From Elusimicrobiota bacterium (lineage in GTDB: Bacteria; Elusimicrobiota; Elusimicrobia; UBA1565), in contig DMEZ01000013.1 in assembly GCA_003450735.1 (NCBI GenBank), positions 1 through 61,410 of the forward strand: a stretch of 61,410 nt of DNA, read 5' to 3'. Both the position numbers and the translations under genes were made by a program. This document shows positions 27,167-35,735 of the stretch, in pieces. Numbering within the stretch: position 1 is the first letter of the stretch; the number at the start of each line of letters is the position of its first letter. The notes below the pieces were generated by a model that saw nothing but the letters and a program-made list of their open reading frames with translations, searched no databases and was not told the DNA's origin.

Positions 27167-27205
27167 GGTCCTCGATCCTCCTGGAATCGGCGGGCTTCGA
27201 AAGCC

Positions 27206-28735
27206 CTACCCGCCCTGCCGGCCTGCGTCCATCGCGGCCTGTCTGCTCCTGGGGAGCCGGAGGCTGAAGGTGGTGCCCCGGCCGAGGGCGGTGTCGACCT
27301 CGATGCGTCCCCCGTGCTCTTGAACGATCTTGCGGGTCACGGAAAGGCCGAGCCCCGTGCCCTTGGAGCCCTTGGTGCTGAAGAAGGCCTTGAAGAGGGA
27401 CCCGCGCGCGGCCTCGTCCATGCCGCAGCCCTGGTCGGCCACGTCCACCGCCACCTCGCCGCAGTCGAGCTCGCGCACGCGCACGTCCACGCCGGCCCCT
27501 TCGCGCCCCTCGCAGGCGTCCAAGGCGTTGGTGACCAGGTTCAGGACGCACCGGCAGATCCCCTGGCCGTCGAGTTCGACCGGGTTCGGCCCGGGGGTCG
27601 GCTCGAAGCGCAGGGGCACGCCCCGCTCGTGCGCCTTGGGAGCCATCAGGTCCACGACGCCCTTCACGACCTCGTTGAGGTCGCACGCCTGGTATTCGGG
27701 CCGGCGCTCCTTCGCGTAGGTCAGCATGTCCTGGACGAGGTTCTTCAGGAGCTCGAGGTTCCTGTCGATCATCCCGATGCTGCGGCCCGGGATGTCCGAC
27801 CCGGCCTTCTTGACCGCGGACTTGAGCAGGTACATCCCGCCGCTCAGCCCGTTGAGCATGTTCTTGATGCAGTGCGCCACCCCGGCTACCGCCTCGCCGA
27901 TGGCGGCCAGGCGCGCGGCCTTGAGGGATTCGCGGATGAGCTGCGCGTTGTGGATGGCGACCGCGATCTGGCCGGCTACGGCCTCCGCGAGGGCGAGGTC
28001 GTGGCGGCTGAAGCCCTCGCCCCCGTTCTTGTTGACCAGCTCGAGGGCGCCGATGCACTGGGAATCGACGATCAGCGGCACGCAGAGGATCGAATGGGTG
28101 AGGAAGCCGCTCTCTTCGTCCGCCTTCTTGGAGAAGCGCGGGTCCTGGAGGGGGTTGTTGACGATGACCGCCAGCCGCTTGGACACGCAGTCGCCCACGA
28201 TGCCCTCGCCTTCCGCGAGGCGGAAGCTCGCCAGCTTGGAGGCGCCGCCCTCCGTCACCACGAACTGGAACACGAGCTCGCGCGCCCCCTTGTCCCAGAG
28301 CGCGATGGTCGCCCCTCCGACGTCCAGCATCTCGCCGGCGATCCGGATGACCGTGGGCAGGAGCTTATCGAGGTCCTGGGACGCGCTGTGGATCAGGCGC
28401 GAAGTGTCGACGAGGCCCCGGAGCTCGGCCAGCAGGAAGCGGTGGGCGTGGTCGTTGCGCCTGCGGCCGATCGCCTGTCCCGTCCTGGATGAGAGCTTAG
28501 CGACGATCAGCCCGCCGCAGCCGCAGGCGACCTCGGTGTCGGCCCGGAACGCCGCCAGGTCGTATTCCCGACCGCAGGTCGGGCAGGACATCCGCTTCCT
28601 TTCGCTGACGATCCGGCGGTAGGCGAGCCACGGGAGGATCCGGATCCTTTCGCCGCAGGAGCACGCGATCTCGGTCTCGTTGAGAGACCGGTCCGCCTCG
28701 TAACGATGACGGCACTTAGGGCATTCGGCCAGCAT
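27206..28735 (-). CDS. Sensor histidine kinase: duplicated N-terminal zinc-ribbon, GAF, HisKA, HATPase_c (cytoplasmic, no TM seen)
   Basis: Two CPxC(x16-18)CxCG repeats (CPKCRH...CSCG and CPTCGR...CGCG). GAF-like region. H-box GVAHCIKNML. HATPase LNLVTNALDA, DQGCGM, GTGLGLSV. Confidence 0.75.
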   Translation of the reverse strand: MLAECPKCRHRYEADRSLNETEIACSCGERIRILPWLAYRRIVSERKRMSCPTCGREYDLAAFRADTEVACGCGGLIVAKLSSRTGQAIGRRRNDHAHRFLLAELRGLVDTSRLIHSASQDLDKLLPTVIRIAGEMLDVGGATIALWDKGARELVFQFVVTEGGASKLASFRLAEGEGIVGDCVSKRLAVIVNNPLQDPRFSKKADEESGFLTHSILCVPLIVDSQCIGALELVNKNGGEGFSRHDLALAEAVAGQIAVAIHNAQLIRESLKAARLAAIGEAVAGVAHCIKNMLNGLSGGMYLLKSAVKKAGSDIPGRSIGMIDRNLELLKNLVQDMLTYAKERRPEYQACDLNEVVKGVVDLMAPKAHERGVPLRFEPTPGPNPVELDGQGICRCVLNLVTNALDACEGREGAGVDVRVRELDCGEVAVDVADQGCGMDEAARGSLFKAFFSTKGSKGTGLGLSVTRKIVQEHGGRIEVDTALGRGTTFSLRLPRSRQAAMDAGRQGG

Positions 28736-29105
28736 GCGTCCCCCTGCTGCGCAGGCGTGCGGCGGGATTAGGGCCTCGGCGCACGGTAACACGCCCCGAG
28801 GACTGAAGACAAATGAATTTTTTTCATCGTCGTATTAGCGCATCTAATATCCGGAGCCTCCGGCCCGGCCGAGACTGGACGTCCATGCCGCATTATACCA
28901 CCCAGGCCCCGGCGGCGGCCAGGACGGCGACGCCCAGCGCCGCGTCCGCGCCGCGACGCCGCCGAAGAGGACCTGCAGCGTCACCTCGAAGGACGTCCAG
29001 CCGAGCCAGAGCGCTCCCGCCACCGGCAGGGCGTTCCTGGCCAGCACCAGCCACGGCCCCAGGTTTCCATGAAGGACTCGGAACGGTTTCTTGGGAGATG
29101 CTCCA

Positions 29106-31112
29106 TCACGTCCCAAGCCGGACGAGCGCCCGCGCCCGCGCATCGGTCGCCGACAGGAAGCTCGAGTGGCTCCACGACAGGTCCCGGCCCGAGGCCGGCG
29201 CGCCGGTCTCCTTGTCGAACTGCTCGGCCAGCTCGCCGGAGGGGGGGGTCGCGCGCTTGAGCGTCCTCAGCAGGTCGTCTCCGCGCAGGACGAGGCCCCG
29301 CAGCAGGCTCTCCCGCTCGGCCAGGGCCTCATCGCGCAGCGCTCCTCCTCCCGCCCGCCTCAGCGCCCTCGAGAGGAACTCCCGGTTGAGCGGGGTCACG
29401 GGGATGGACTCCTTTTTCGACAGCAGTTCCGCGGCCCGGTAGTGGAGCTCCGCGTAGGCCATCGTGGCGAACACCCACGGGTTCCCGCCAAAGTAGGTGT
29501 CCCCGTTGTAGCGCCCCATCGCCACGCCCTCGTCTTCGGCGCGCTTCTTGTTGAACGGGTATAGGGACTCGAAGAGGTCTTCCAGCTTCACCGCGGTGGA
29601 CAGCACGCGCTCGTCGAGGGGGGACGTCCGCCCCTCCGTCAGGCCCCCATGCAGGGCCGCGAGCAGCACCGCGACGTCCAGCCCCTCGCCGGGCTTCTCC
29701 TTCACCGTCCCGTCCCAGTAGGTCCGGGGCCCCAGCGCGAAGGCATAGTAGCCCTTGTCCTCCAGCCAGAGCTTGTCCAGCTCCGCGTACAGCCGCCTCG
29801 AGGCCTCGACACGGCCGCCCGCCCTCAGGGCCGCGGCCTGCACCGCGCGGGTATAGTAGTCGTGCCCGCGGTACTCCTCCCACAGGTCGAAGCCCTCGCG
29901 CTCCGTGTCCGAGGCGATGAAGTCCAGGTCGGTCTTCGCCGCCTCGGGGTCCACGCGCAGAAGGGCCAGCGCCCGCAGGGCCGGCCCGTCGTACTGCGGC
30001 CTCGACCAGCGCAAAAAGTCTCGGGAGCCGTCGGCATTGAAGCGCGGCTCGCCCAGGTCGGAGGCTTGCAGGGAGCGGGAGAACGCGGCGAAATCCTTCA
30101 CCTGCTGGTCGTGCCCCAGCGCCGCCAGCTCGGACATGACCAAGGCCGAGTCCCGCACCCAGTGGAAGAAATAGTCCGGCTCCGGGGGCTTGCCCGCCGG
30201 GGCCGCGACCACGGAGCCCGGCTTCGGGGTGATGCTCGCCCGGATCTTCCCGCCTTCGATCTTCAGGCCGGCCTTGCGGGCGGGGTCGGCGTGGACCTCA
30301 TCGAACTCTTTCTCCACGACGGTCCCCGTCGAAGACACGTTGCGCAGGAGGCGCTCGAGCGAGAGCTTCCTCTGAGCGGCGATCCAGGTTTCGAGCCCGA
30401 AATGGGCGAAGATCCGGTCGAAGGCCTCCCGCTCCTTCTCAGGATGGAACTGCACCGCCAGGATGGAGCCCTTCTCCATCGCCTCGACGACGCCGTCGTC
30501 CGCCGCGGCGGCGACCGTGAAGCCCTCCGCCGGCCGCTTGACCGCCTGATGGTGGTACGAGTTCACCCGGATGCGGTCCTTTCCCAGAAGCGCCCGCAGC
30601 AGGCTCCCTTTCTTCAGGTCGACTTCGTGGTAGCAAGGCTTGGACTTCCCGTCCTCGCGGACGCGGTGGACGATCTTGCCGACCTGGGAGGGGAGGTCCT
30701 GGTAGAGGCTGCCCCCGGCGTAGACGTTGAGCAGCTGGTGGCCCTTGCAGATGCCGAGGATGGGGAGCTTCCGCTCCAGGCTCCTCTTGACCGCGGCGAA
30801 CTCGTAGAGGTCGAAGCCCTTGTCGACCGTCTCGAGCTTCGGGTGCGGCTCCTCGCCGTAGAGGTCGGGCGAGACGTCGTCGCCTCCCGGCACCAGCAGG
30901 CCGTCGAGGGAGTCGAGGCGCGCCTCGGTCTCGCTGGAGGCCAGCGCCTGGAAGAGCGGGACGATCTCGGCCCCGTGGGCCTTCAGCGCCTTGGAGTAGT
31001 AGGGGAGCTTGTCCTCCGCGGCCAGCGCTTGCTCCTCAGTGTAAAGCAGTCCGATCCTGGGAGGGGCGGCCTCCGCGAGCGCGGCCGCGGCGAGGAGGGC
31101 GAGCCAGGCCAT
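29106..31112 (-). CDS. Secreted fusion protein: class I glutamine amidotransferase-like (peptidase C26) domain + GH15 glucoamylase-like (alpha/alpha)6 domain
   Basis: Signal peptide MAWLALLAAAALAEA. GATase1 triad motifs ILGICKGHQLLN and VQFHPE. GH15 motifs HWVRDSALV and GFDLWEE. Confidence 0.65.
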   Translation of the reverse strand: MAWLALLAAAALAEAAPPRIGLLYTEEQALAAEDKLPYYSKALKAHGAEIVPLFQALASSETEARLDSLDGLLVPGGDDVSPDLYGEEPHPKLETVDKGFDLYEFAAVKRSLERKLPILGICKGHQLLNVYAGGSLYQDLPSQVGKIVHRVREDGKSKPCYHEVDLKKGSLLRALLGKDRIRVNSYHHQAVKRPAEGFTVAAAADDGVVEAMEKGSILAVQFHPEKEREAFDRIFAHFGLETWIAAQRKLSLERLLRNVSSTGTVVEKEFDEVHADPARKAGLKIEGGKIRASITPKPGSVVAAPAGKPPEPDYFFHWVRDSALVMSELAALGHDQQVKDFAAFSRSLQASDLGEPRFNADGSRDFLRWSRPQYDGPALRALALLRVDPEAAKTDLDFIASDTEREGFDLWEEYRGHDYYTRAVQAAALRAGGRVEASRRLYAELDKLWLEDKGYYAFALGPRTYWDGTVKEKPGEGLDVAVLLAALHGGLTEGRTSPLDERVLSTAVKLEDLFESLYPFNKKRAEDEGVAMGRYNGDTYFGGNPWVFATMAYAELHYRAAELLSKKESIPVTPLNREFLSRALRRAGGGALRDEALAERESLLRGLVLRGDDLLRTLKRATPPSGELAEQFDKETGAPASGRDLSWSHSSFLSATDARARALVRLGT

Positions 31113-31122
31113 CTCAGAGCTT

Positions 31123-31631
31123 CGGGCTCTGGAAGCCGAGCCTCTTCAACCCCGCCTTCACCTCGGGACAGCTCATGAAGAGCCTCCAGAGGAGGCCGGT
31201 GCGGTAGTTCTCGATCATGACCACGATGGGCCCCTGGTCGATGGCCAGGTGGGACTTGGCGGTCCAGCCCTCCCCTGGAAGAGGAAGGAGGTCTCCACGA
31301 GGTCCCCGCCGTCGTCCTTGCGGCTGAAGGGGATCACCAGCCGGCCGGCCGCCGCCTCGCGGCTCACCCCGCCGCGCTCCGCGGCGACGACGAGGGCCAT
31401 GACGCCGAACCCGGTGCCGCCGATGGTGACGACCTCGCCGCCGTAGCCGTAGGCCCTGTGGCTCCTTTCGCGGGCCAGGCCGCTGTCGGGGTGTGCGAAG
31501 TCCCAGAAGTAACGGACGGTCTGCTTCTGCACGAGCTCGAGGAGCTCGTCGTCGCTGAGCTTCACCGGACGAAGCTCGGCGAAGGCCCGGGCGGGGAGCA
31601 GCAGAACGGCGGCCAGGAGGAGGATCCTCAC
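31123..31631 (-). pseudogene. Remnant of a glycoamylase-like (PF10091/DUF3131-type) gene: frameshifted and internally deleted
   Basis: N-terminal segment (GTG 31631, signal peptide, TVRYFWDFAHPDSGLARER, GGTGFGVMALVVAAERG) runs in one frame. The conserved C-terminus DQGPIVVMIENYRTGLLWRLFMSCPEV...KLGFQS reads only in a different frame, 31123..~31270. About 300 aa of the expected middle are missing. Confidence 0.35.
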
Positions 31632-33202
31632 GCGGGGGAGAGGTTGGCGAGCTTCACCGCCGGATTCTTGCCCATGAAGTACTCGCAGTCCCAGAGGGTC
31701 TTGAAGAGGGCGACGGCGCGGCCGTCGACATCCTGGGCGAGGCGCGCTCCGGCGGGCAGGAGGTCTTCCCCGAAAGGCGTCAAAACCCAGCGCACCACCG
31801 TCCAAGGGGAGGCCTCGAAGCGGGACTCCGCCCCGTACTCGTTCCTCAGGCGGTACTGCAGGACCTCGAACTGGAGGGGGCCCACCGCGCCGAGCAGGGG
31901 CACGCGGGAGGCCGCTCCGGGCAGGGTGAAGGTCTGCACGACCCCCTCCTGGAGGAGGTGGTCGAGGCCCGTTCGGAAGCGCTTGAACTCGGCCGTGCGG
32001 GTGCTGTGCAGGAAGGCGAAATGCTCGGGCGGGAATTTCGGCATGGGCTTGAAGGCGATGGCCGCGTCCTCGGTCAGGGTGTCGCCGATGCGGAACTGCG
32101 AGTGGCCCACGAGGCCCACCACGTCGCCGGCGAACGCCTCGTTCAGGAGTTCGCGGTCGCGGCCGAAGAGCTTGTGGGAGCTCGAGAGGCGCATCGTCTC
32201 GCCCGTGCGCGCGTGGAACACCTTCATGTCCCTTTCGAAGCGGCCGGAGCAGACACGCAGGAAGGCGAGCTGGTCGCGGTGGCGGGGGTCCATGTTCGAC
32301 TGGATCTTGAAGATGAAGCCGGAGAAGCGGGGGTCGTCGGGCTCCACTCGGCCGCTTGTCGTCGGCTGGGGGCGCGGGGGGGAGGAGAGCTTTAGGAAGC
32401 CGTCCAAAAGCAGCTGGACGCCGAAGTTGTGGACCGCGCTGCCGAAGAAGACCGGGGTCATGTCGCCGGCCTTCACCGCCGCCGGGTCGAAGGGCGTCCC
32501 CGCCCCCTCGACGACGGCCAGCTCGTCCTGGACCTTGCGCGCGGCCTCCGGGGCGAGGTGCTCCGCGAGGGCCTCGTCGAAGCCCTCGAGCACGGTGAGG
32601 GGAGCGCGGAACGCCCCGCCCGGCGCGCGCTCGAAGAAGTGGAGGCGCCTGGGGCCGCGCTCGAAGACCCCGTTGAAATCCTCGCCCATGCCCAGCGGCC
32701 AGTCCATGGGGAAGGGGTGCAGATGCAGGCGGCGGTCGATCTCATCGAGCAGTTCGAGCGGCTCGAGCGAGGGGCGGTCGAGCTTGTTGATGAAGGTGAA
32801 GATGGGGAGCTGGCGGAAGCGGCAGATCTCGAAGAGCTTGAGGGTCTGGCTCTCGATGCCCTTGGCTCCGTCGAGCACCATGATGACCGCATCGACGGCG
32901 GTCAGCACGCGGTAGGTGTCCTCCGAGAAGTCCCGGTGCCCTGGGGTATCCAACAAGTTGAGATGCCGGCCCCCATACTCGAACTGCAGGACCGTCGAGT
33001 TGACCGAGATGCCGCGCTTGCGCTCCAGTTCCATCCAGTCGGAGGTCGTGTTCTGCTCCCTCCTGCGCGCGGTGACCGAGCCGGCCAGCTGGACGGCGCC
33101 GCCGTAGAGCAAAAGCTTCTCGGTGAGGGTGGTCTTGCCCGCGTCGGGGTGGGAGATGATGGCGAGCGTGCGGCGCTTGGAGATCTCCTCGCGGTGGTCC
33201 AT
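31628..33202 (-). CDS. prfC: Peptide chain release factor 3
   Basis: GTPase motifs AIISHPDAGKTT, DTPGH, NKLD. Full-length (524 aa) RF3-like. Confidence 0.9.
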   Translation of the reverse strand: MDHREEISKRRTLAIISHPDAGKTTLTEKLLLYGGAVQLAGSVTARRREQNTTSDWMELERKRGISVNSTVLQFEYGGRHLNLLDTPGHRDFSEDTYRVLTAVDAVIMVLDGAKGIESQTLKLFEICRFRQLPIFTFINKLDRPSLEPLELLDEIDRRLHLHPFPMDWPLGMGEDFNGVFERGPRRLHFFERAPGGAFRAPLTVLEGFDEALAEHLAPEAARKVQDELAVVEGAGTPFDPAAVKAGDMTPVFFGSAVHNFGVQLLLDGFLKLSSPPRPQPTTSGRVEPDDPRFSGFIFKIQSNMDPRHRDQLAFLRVCSGRFERDMKVFHARTGETMRLSSSHKLFGRDRELLNEAFAGDVVGLVGHSQFRIGDTLTEDAAIAFKPMPKFPPEHFAFLHSTRTAEFKRFRTGLDHLLQEGVVQTFTLPGAASRVPLLGAVGPLQFEVLQYRLRNEYGAESRFEASPWTVVRWVLTPFGEDLLPAGARLAQDVDGRAVALFKTLWDCEYFMGKNPAVKLANLSPA

Positions 33203-33219
33203 GGGGATAATATATTACC

Positions 33220-35367
33220 ATGTCCGTCGCAGCCGAGTCCCCGCGCATGATCCGCCGGAAAGAGTGGCAGCTGTTCGCGGTCTCCTTCGTCAGCCTGTTC
33301 TTGGAGCTGATGCTCATCCGCTGGTCCCCCGCGGTCGTCCGCCTCATCGCCTATTACGCCAACCTGCTTTTGATCAGCTCCTTCCTGGGGCTGGGGATCG
33401 GCGCGATGCAGGGGCTTCGCCGGAAGAGCCTCTTCGGGCTCTTCCCTCCGCTCCTGCTCCTCCACGTCGGGGTCCTGCTGCTCTGCCGCCAGGCGATCCT
33501 GCCGGGGAGCGGCCTCGAGCTCCGCTTCGGGGGCGAGGAGCACGCCCGCCTCCTGAACTACGCCGTCCTGGTCGGCGTCTTCCTCGCGAACGCCGCCGTC
33601 TTCGTGCCGCTGGGACAGAGGATCGGCTCGCTCTTCGAAAGCCTCCCCGCCCTCAAGGCCTACGCATGGGACCTCTCCGGAAGCCTCTGCGGCGCGGTCT
33701 GCTTCGGCGTGTTCTCCTGGTCTCATTTCTCCCCGCTGGCCGGCCTCGCCCTCGTTTCGGGCGTGGTCCTCGCCCTCTCCGAGAGGAAGGAGCTCCGGCT
33801 CCGCCTGCCCTGCTTTTTGGCCGTCCTGGCGTGCGTCGGCCTGTCCTCCGAGCAGGGCGCCGTCTGGTCCCCGTACTATTTCGTCACGGTCCATGAGGGC
33901 AACCCGGGCGCCAAGCGGCTGGGCGGGGACAACGTCCTCGCGGAGCTCTTCTTCGCCGACTCGCGCCCGGTCTCGCGGCCCCGGGAGGGCCTCCGCGCGA
34001 TGAAAGACCCTCCGATCTACACCGCCCGGGTCAACCAGTTCTTCTATCAGCCCAACCTGACCTTGAACCCCGCCCGCTACACCGACCCGGCCGTCTCCGC
34101 CTTCATCGAGTGGCTCAGCCACGGCTACCGGCTGCCCTTCGCCCTCTCCCGCGCCCATGAGCGCGTGCTGGTTTTGGGGGCCGGAGGCGGCACCGACGTC
34201 GAAGCCGCCCTCGCCTCCGGGGCGGAGCAAGTCGACGCGGTGGAGATCGACCCCGTCCTCGTCGGCCTCTCCCGGAAGTTCAACCCGTCCGGCGTGTACG
34301 ACTCGCCCCGGGTGCGGGTGCACGTCGACGACGCCCGGGCGTTCCTGCGAAAGGCGGCCCCGGGCTACGACATGGTGCTCTTCGGCCTCCTCGACTCCCA
34401 GGCCCTCTTCAGCCAGATGAGCAGCATCCGGCTCGACGGCTACGTCTACACCGTGGAGAGCATGCGCTCGGCCTACGCGCTGCTGGCCCCCGAAGGCCTG
34501 CTGAGCGTCTCCTTCATGGCGGGCAAGGACTGGGTGGCGGCCAAGCTGCTGCGCATGCTGCAGGAGGCCACCGGGAAGACTCCGCTCATGTACGCGGACC
34601 TCGGCCAAGTCGTCCTCTGCGTTTCCCGCGGTCCGGCGCCCGAGGCGCCCCCGAGCATCGGCCGCTTCCGCCGGGTCCGGATGGAGTCGCTCCCGTCCCT
34701 CGAAGCCCCCAGCGACGACTGGCCCTACCTGTATCTCTCCGGGAGGAGGATCCCGCCGGACTACCTGGCGGTGATCCTGACCCTGCTGGCCTTGTCCATC
34801 GCGGCCGTGGTCCTCCAGCGCGGCCGGGGCTTCGGGGCCGAGGACGGGAAGTTCCTGTTCCTGGGCATGGGGTTCCTGCTGCTGGAGACCGCGAGCATCA
34901 GCGACTGCTCGCTCTACCTCGGGACCACCTGGCTGGTGACCACGGCCGTGGTCTCGGGAGTCCTGCTCATGTGCCTGGCCGCGAACCTCGCGGCGCAGAA
35001 GCTCAGGCCGCCCCCCTGGAAGATGGCCGTTCCCCTGTTCGCGACCCTCCTGCTCCTTTACGCGATGCCGAAAGACCAGGTGCTCTCGGCGCCCCTGTGG
35101 GGGAGGCTCCTGTGGACCGTGCTCGTCGTCCCTTTGCCCGTGTTCTTCGCGGGTCTCCTGTTCTCCTCGTCCTTCCGGGACGCCGGCTCCCGGTCGGCGC
35201 TCTTCGGCGCCAACCTCATCGGCGCCGTGATCGGGGGCTTCTGCGAGTACCTGGGGATGGCGATCGGGCATCGCGCCCTCCTGCTGATCGTGATGGGGGC
35301 CTACGCCGCCAGCCTGCTCGCCGGCTCAGGTCCGGCGGGACGGCAGGACTTCGAGCACGGCCGCTGA
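33220..35367 (+). CDS. Membrane-embedded spermidine synthase-like (polyamine aminopropyltransferase fold) protein with N- and C-terminal multi-TM domains
   Basis: Central Rossmann-type motif VLVLGAGGGTD...VDAVEIDP...VHVDDARAFL...YDMVLFGLLD. Flanked by ~7 N-terminal and ~6 C-terminal TM helices. The start may be 33247. Confidence 0.65.
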   Translation: MSVAAESPRMIRRKEWQLFAVSFVSLFLELMLIRWSPAVVRLIAYYANLLLISSFLGLGIGAMQGLRRKSLFGLFPPLLLLHVGVLLLCRQAILPGSGLELRFGGEEHARLLNYAVLVGVFLANAAVFVPLGQRIGSLFESLPALKAYAWDLSGSLCGAVCFGVFSWSHFSPLAGLALVSGVVLALSERKELRLRLPCFLAVLACVGLSSEQGAVWSPYYFVTVHEGNPGAKRLGGDNVLAELFFADSRPVSRPREGLRAMKDPPIYTARVNQFFYQPNLTLNPARYTDPAVSAFIEWLSHGYRLPFALSRAHERVLVLGAGGGTDVEAALASGAEQVDAVEIDPVLVGLSRKFNPSGVYDSPRVRVHVDDARAFLRKAAPGYDMVLFGLLDSQALFSQMSSIRLDGYVYTVESMRSAYALLAPEGLLSVSFMAGKDWVAAKLLRMLQEATGKTPLMYADLGQVVLCVSRGPAPEAPPSIGRFRRVRMESLPSLEAPSDDWPYLYLSGRRIPPDYLAVILTLLALSIAAVVLQRGRGFGAEDGKFLFLGMGFLLLETASISDCSLYLGTTWLVTTAVVSGVLLMCLAANLAAQKLRPPPWKMAVPLFATLLLLYAMPKDQVLSAPLWGRLLWTVLVVPLPVFFAGLLFSSSFRDAGSRSALFGANLIGAVIGGFCEYLGMAIGHRALLLIVMGAYAASLLAGSGPAGRQDFEHGR

Positions 35368-35733
35368 AGCCAGGGCGAGCACGGCGAAGAAGACCGCCGC
35401 GAGGGGATAGGCGGGGATGGAGACGGGGAGCTCGGCGAGGATCCGGATCTGCCCCTTCTGCCGGCGCAGCTCGTCCAAGGGCACCTTGGCGAAAGGGACC
35501 TTCTGCTTGTCGACGACGACGCCGTCCATGATGGCGAGGGTGTAGTAGAACCGCTTCTCGGCCGGCGCGAAGGAGAACTGCAGAGGGCTGCGCTTGAGCA
35601 CCACGATGGCGACCTTCCGATCGCTCTCGCGGGTGGCCTGGACCCCGGAGACGTAGCTGAAGGCCTGGTAGGCGACGACCTGCGCGGCCATCAGGAGCAG
35701 GGCGAAAGGGTGGCGCTTGAGCTGCTGCAGCAT
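35326..35733 (-). CDS. Small membrane protein of unknown function
   Basis: A 135-aa product with N- and C-terminal hydrophobic helices. Start is 2 nt after the asnS stop. Convergent 42-nt overlap with the upstream gene. Confidence 0.35.
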   Translation of the reverse strand: MLQQLKRHPFALLLMAAQVVAYQAFSYVSGVQATRESDRKVAIVVLKRSPLQFSFAPAEKRFYYTLAIMDGVVVDKQKVPFAKVPLDELRRQKGQIRILAELPVSIPAYPLAAVFFAVLALASAAVLEVLPSRRT

Positions 35734-35735
35734 GA

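Noticed and set aside
24703-28492. ORFs 24703..26757(+) (684 aa), 26459..28492(+) (677 aa), 27123..28058(-)
   Set aside because: Antisense or off-frame relative to the GH10, receivers and kinase.
28813-29442. ORF 28813..29442(+) (209 aa)
   Set aside because: Ser/Arg/Ala/Pro-rich. Overlaps the GH15 fusion gene 3' end and the promoter region. No domain.
32902-35271. 789-aa ORF 32902..35271(-)
   Set aside because: Antisense to the SpeE-like membrane protein gene. Extreme Arg/Gly/Glu/Pro composition.
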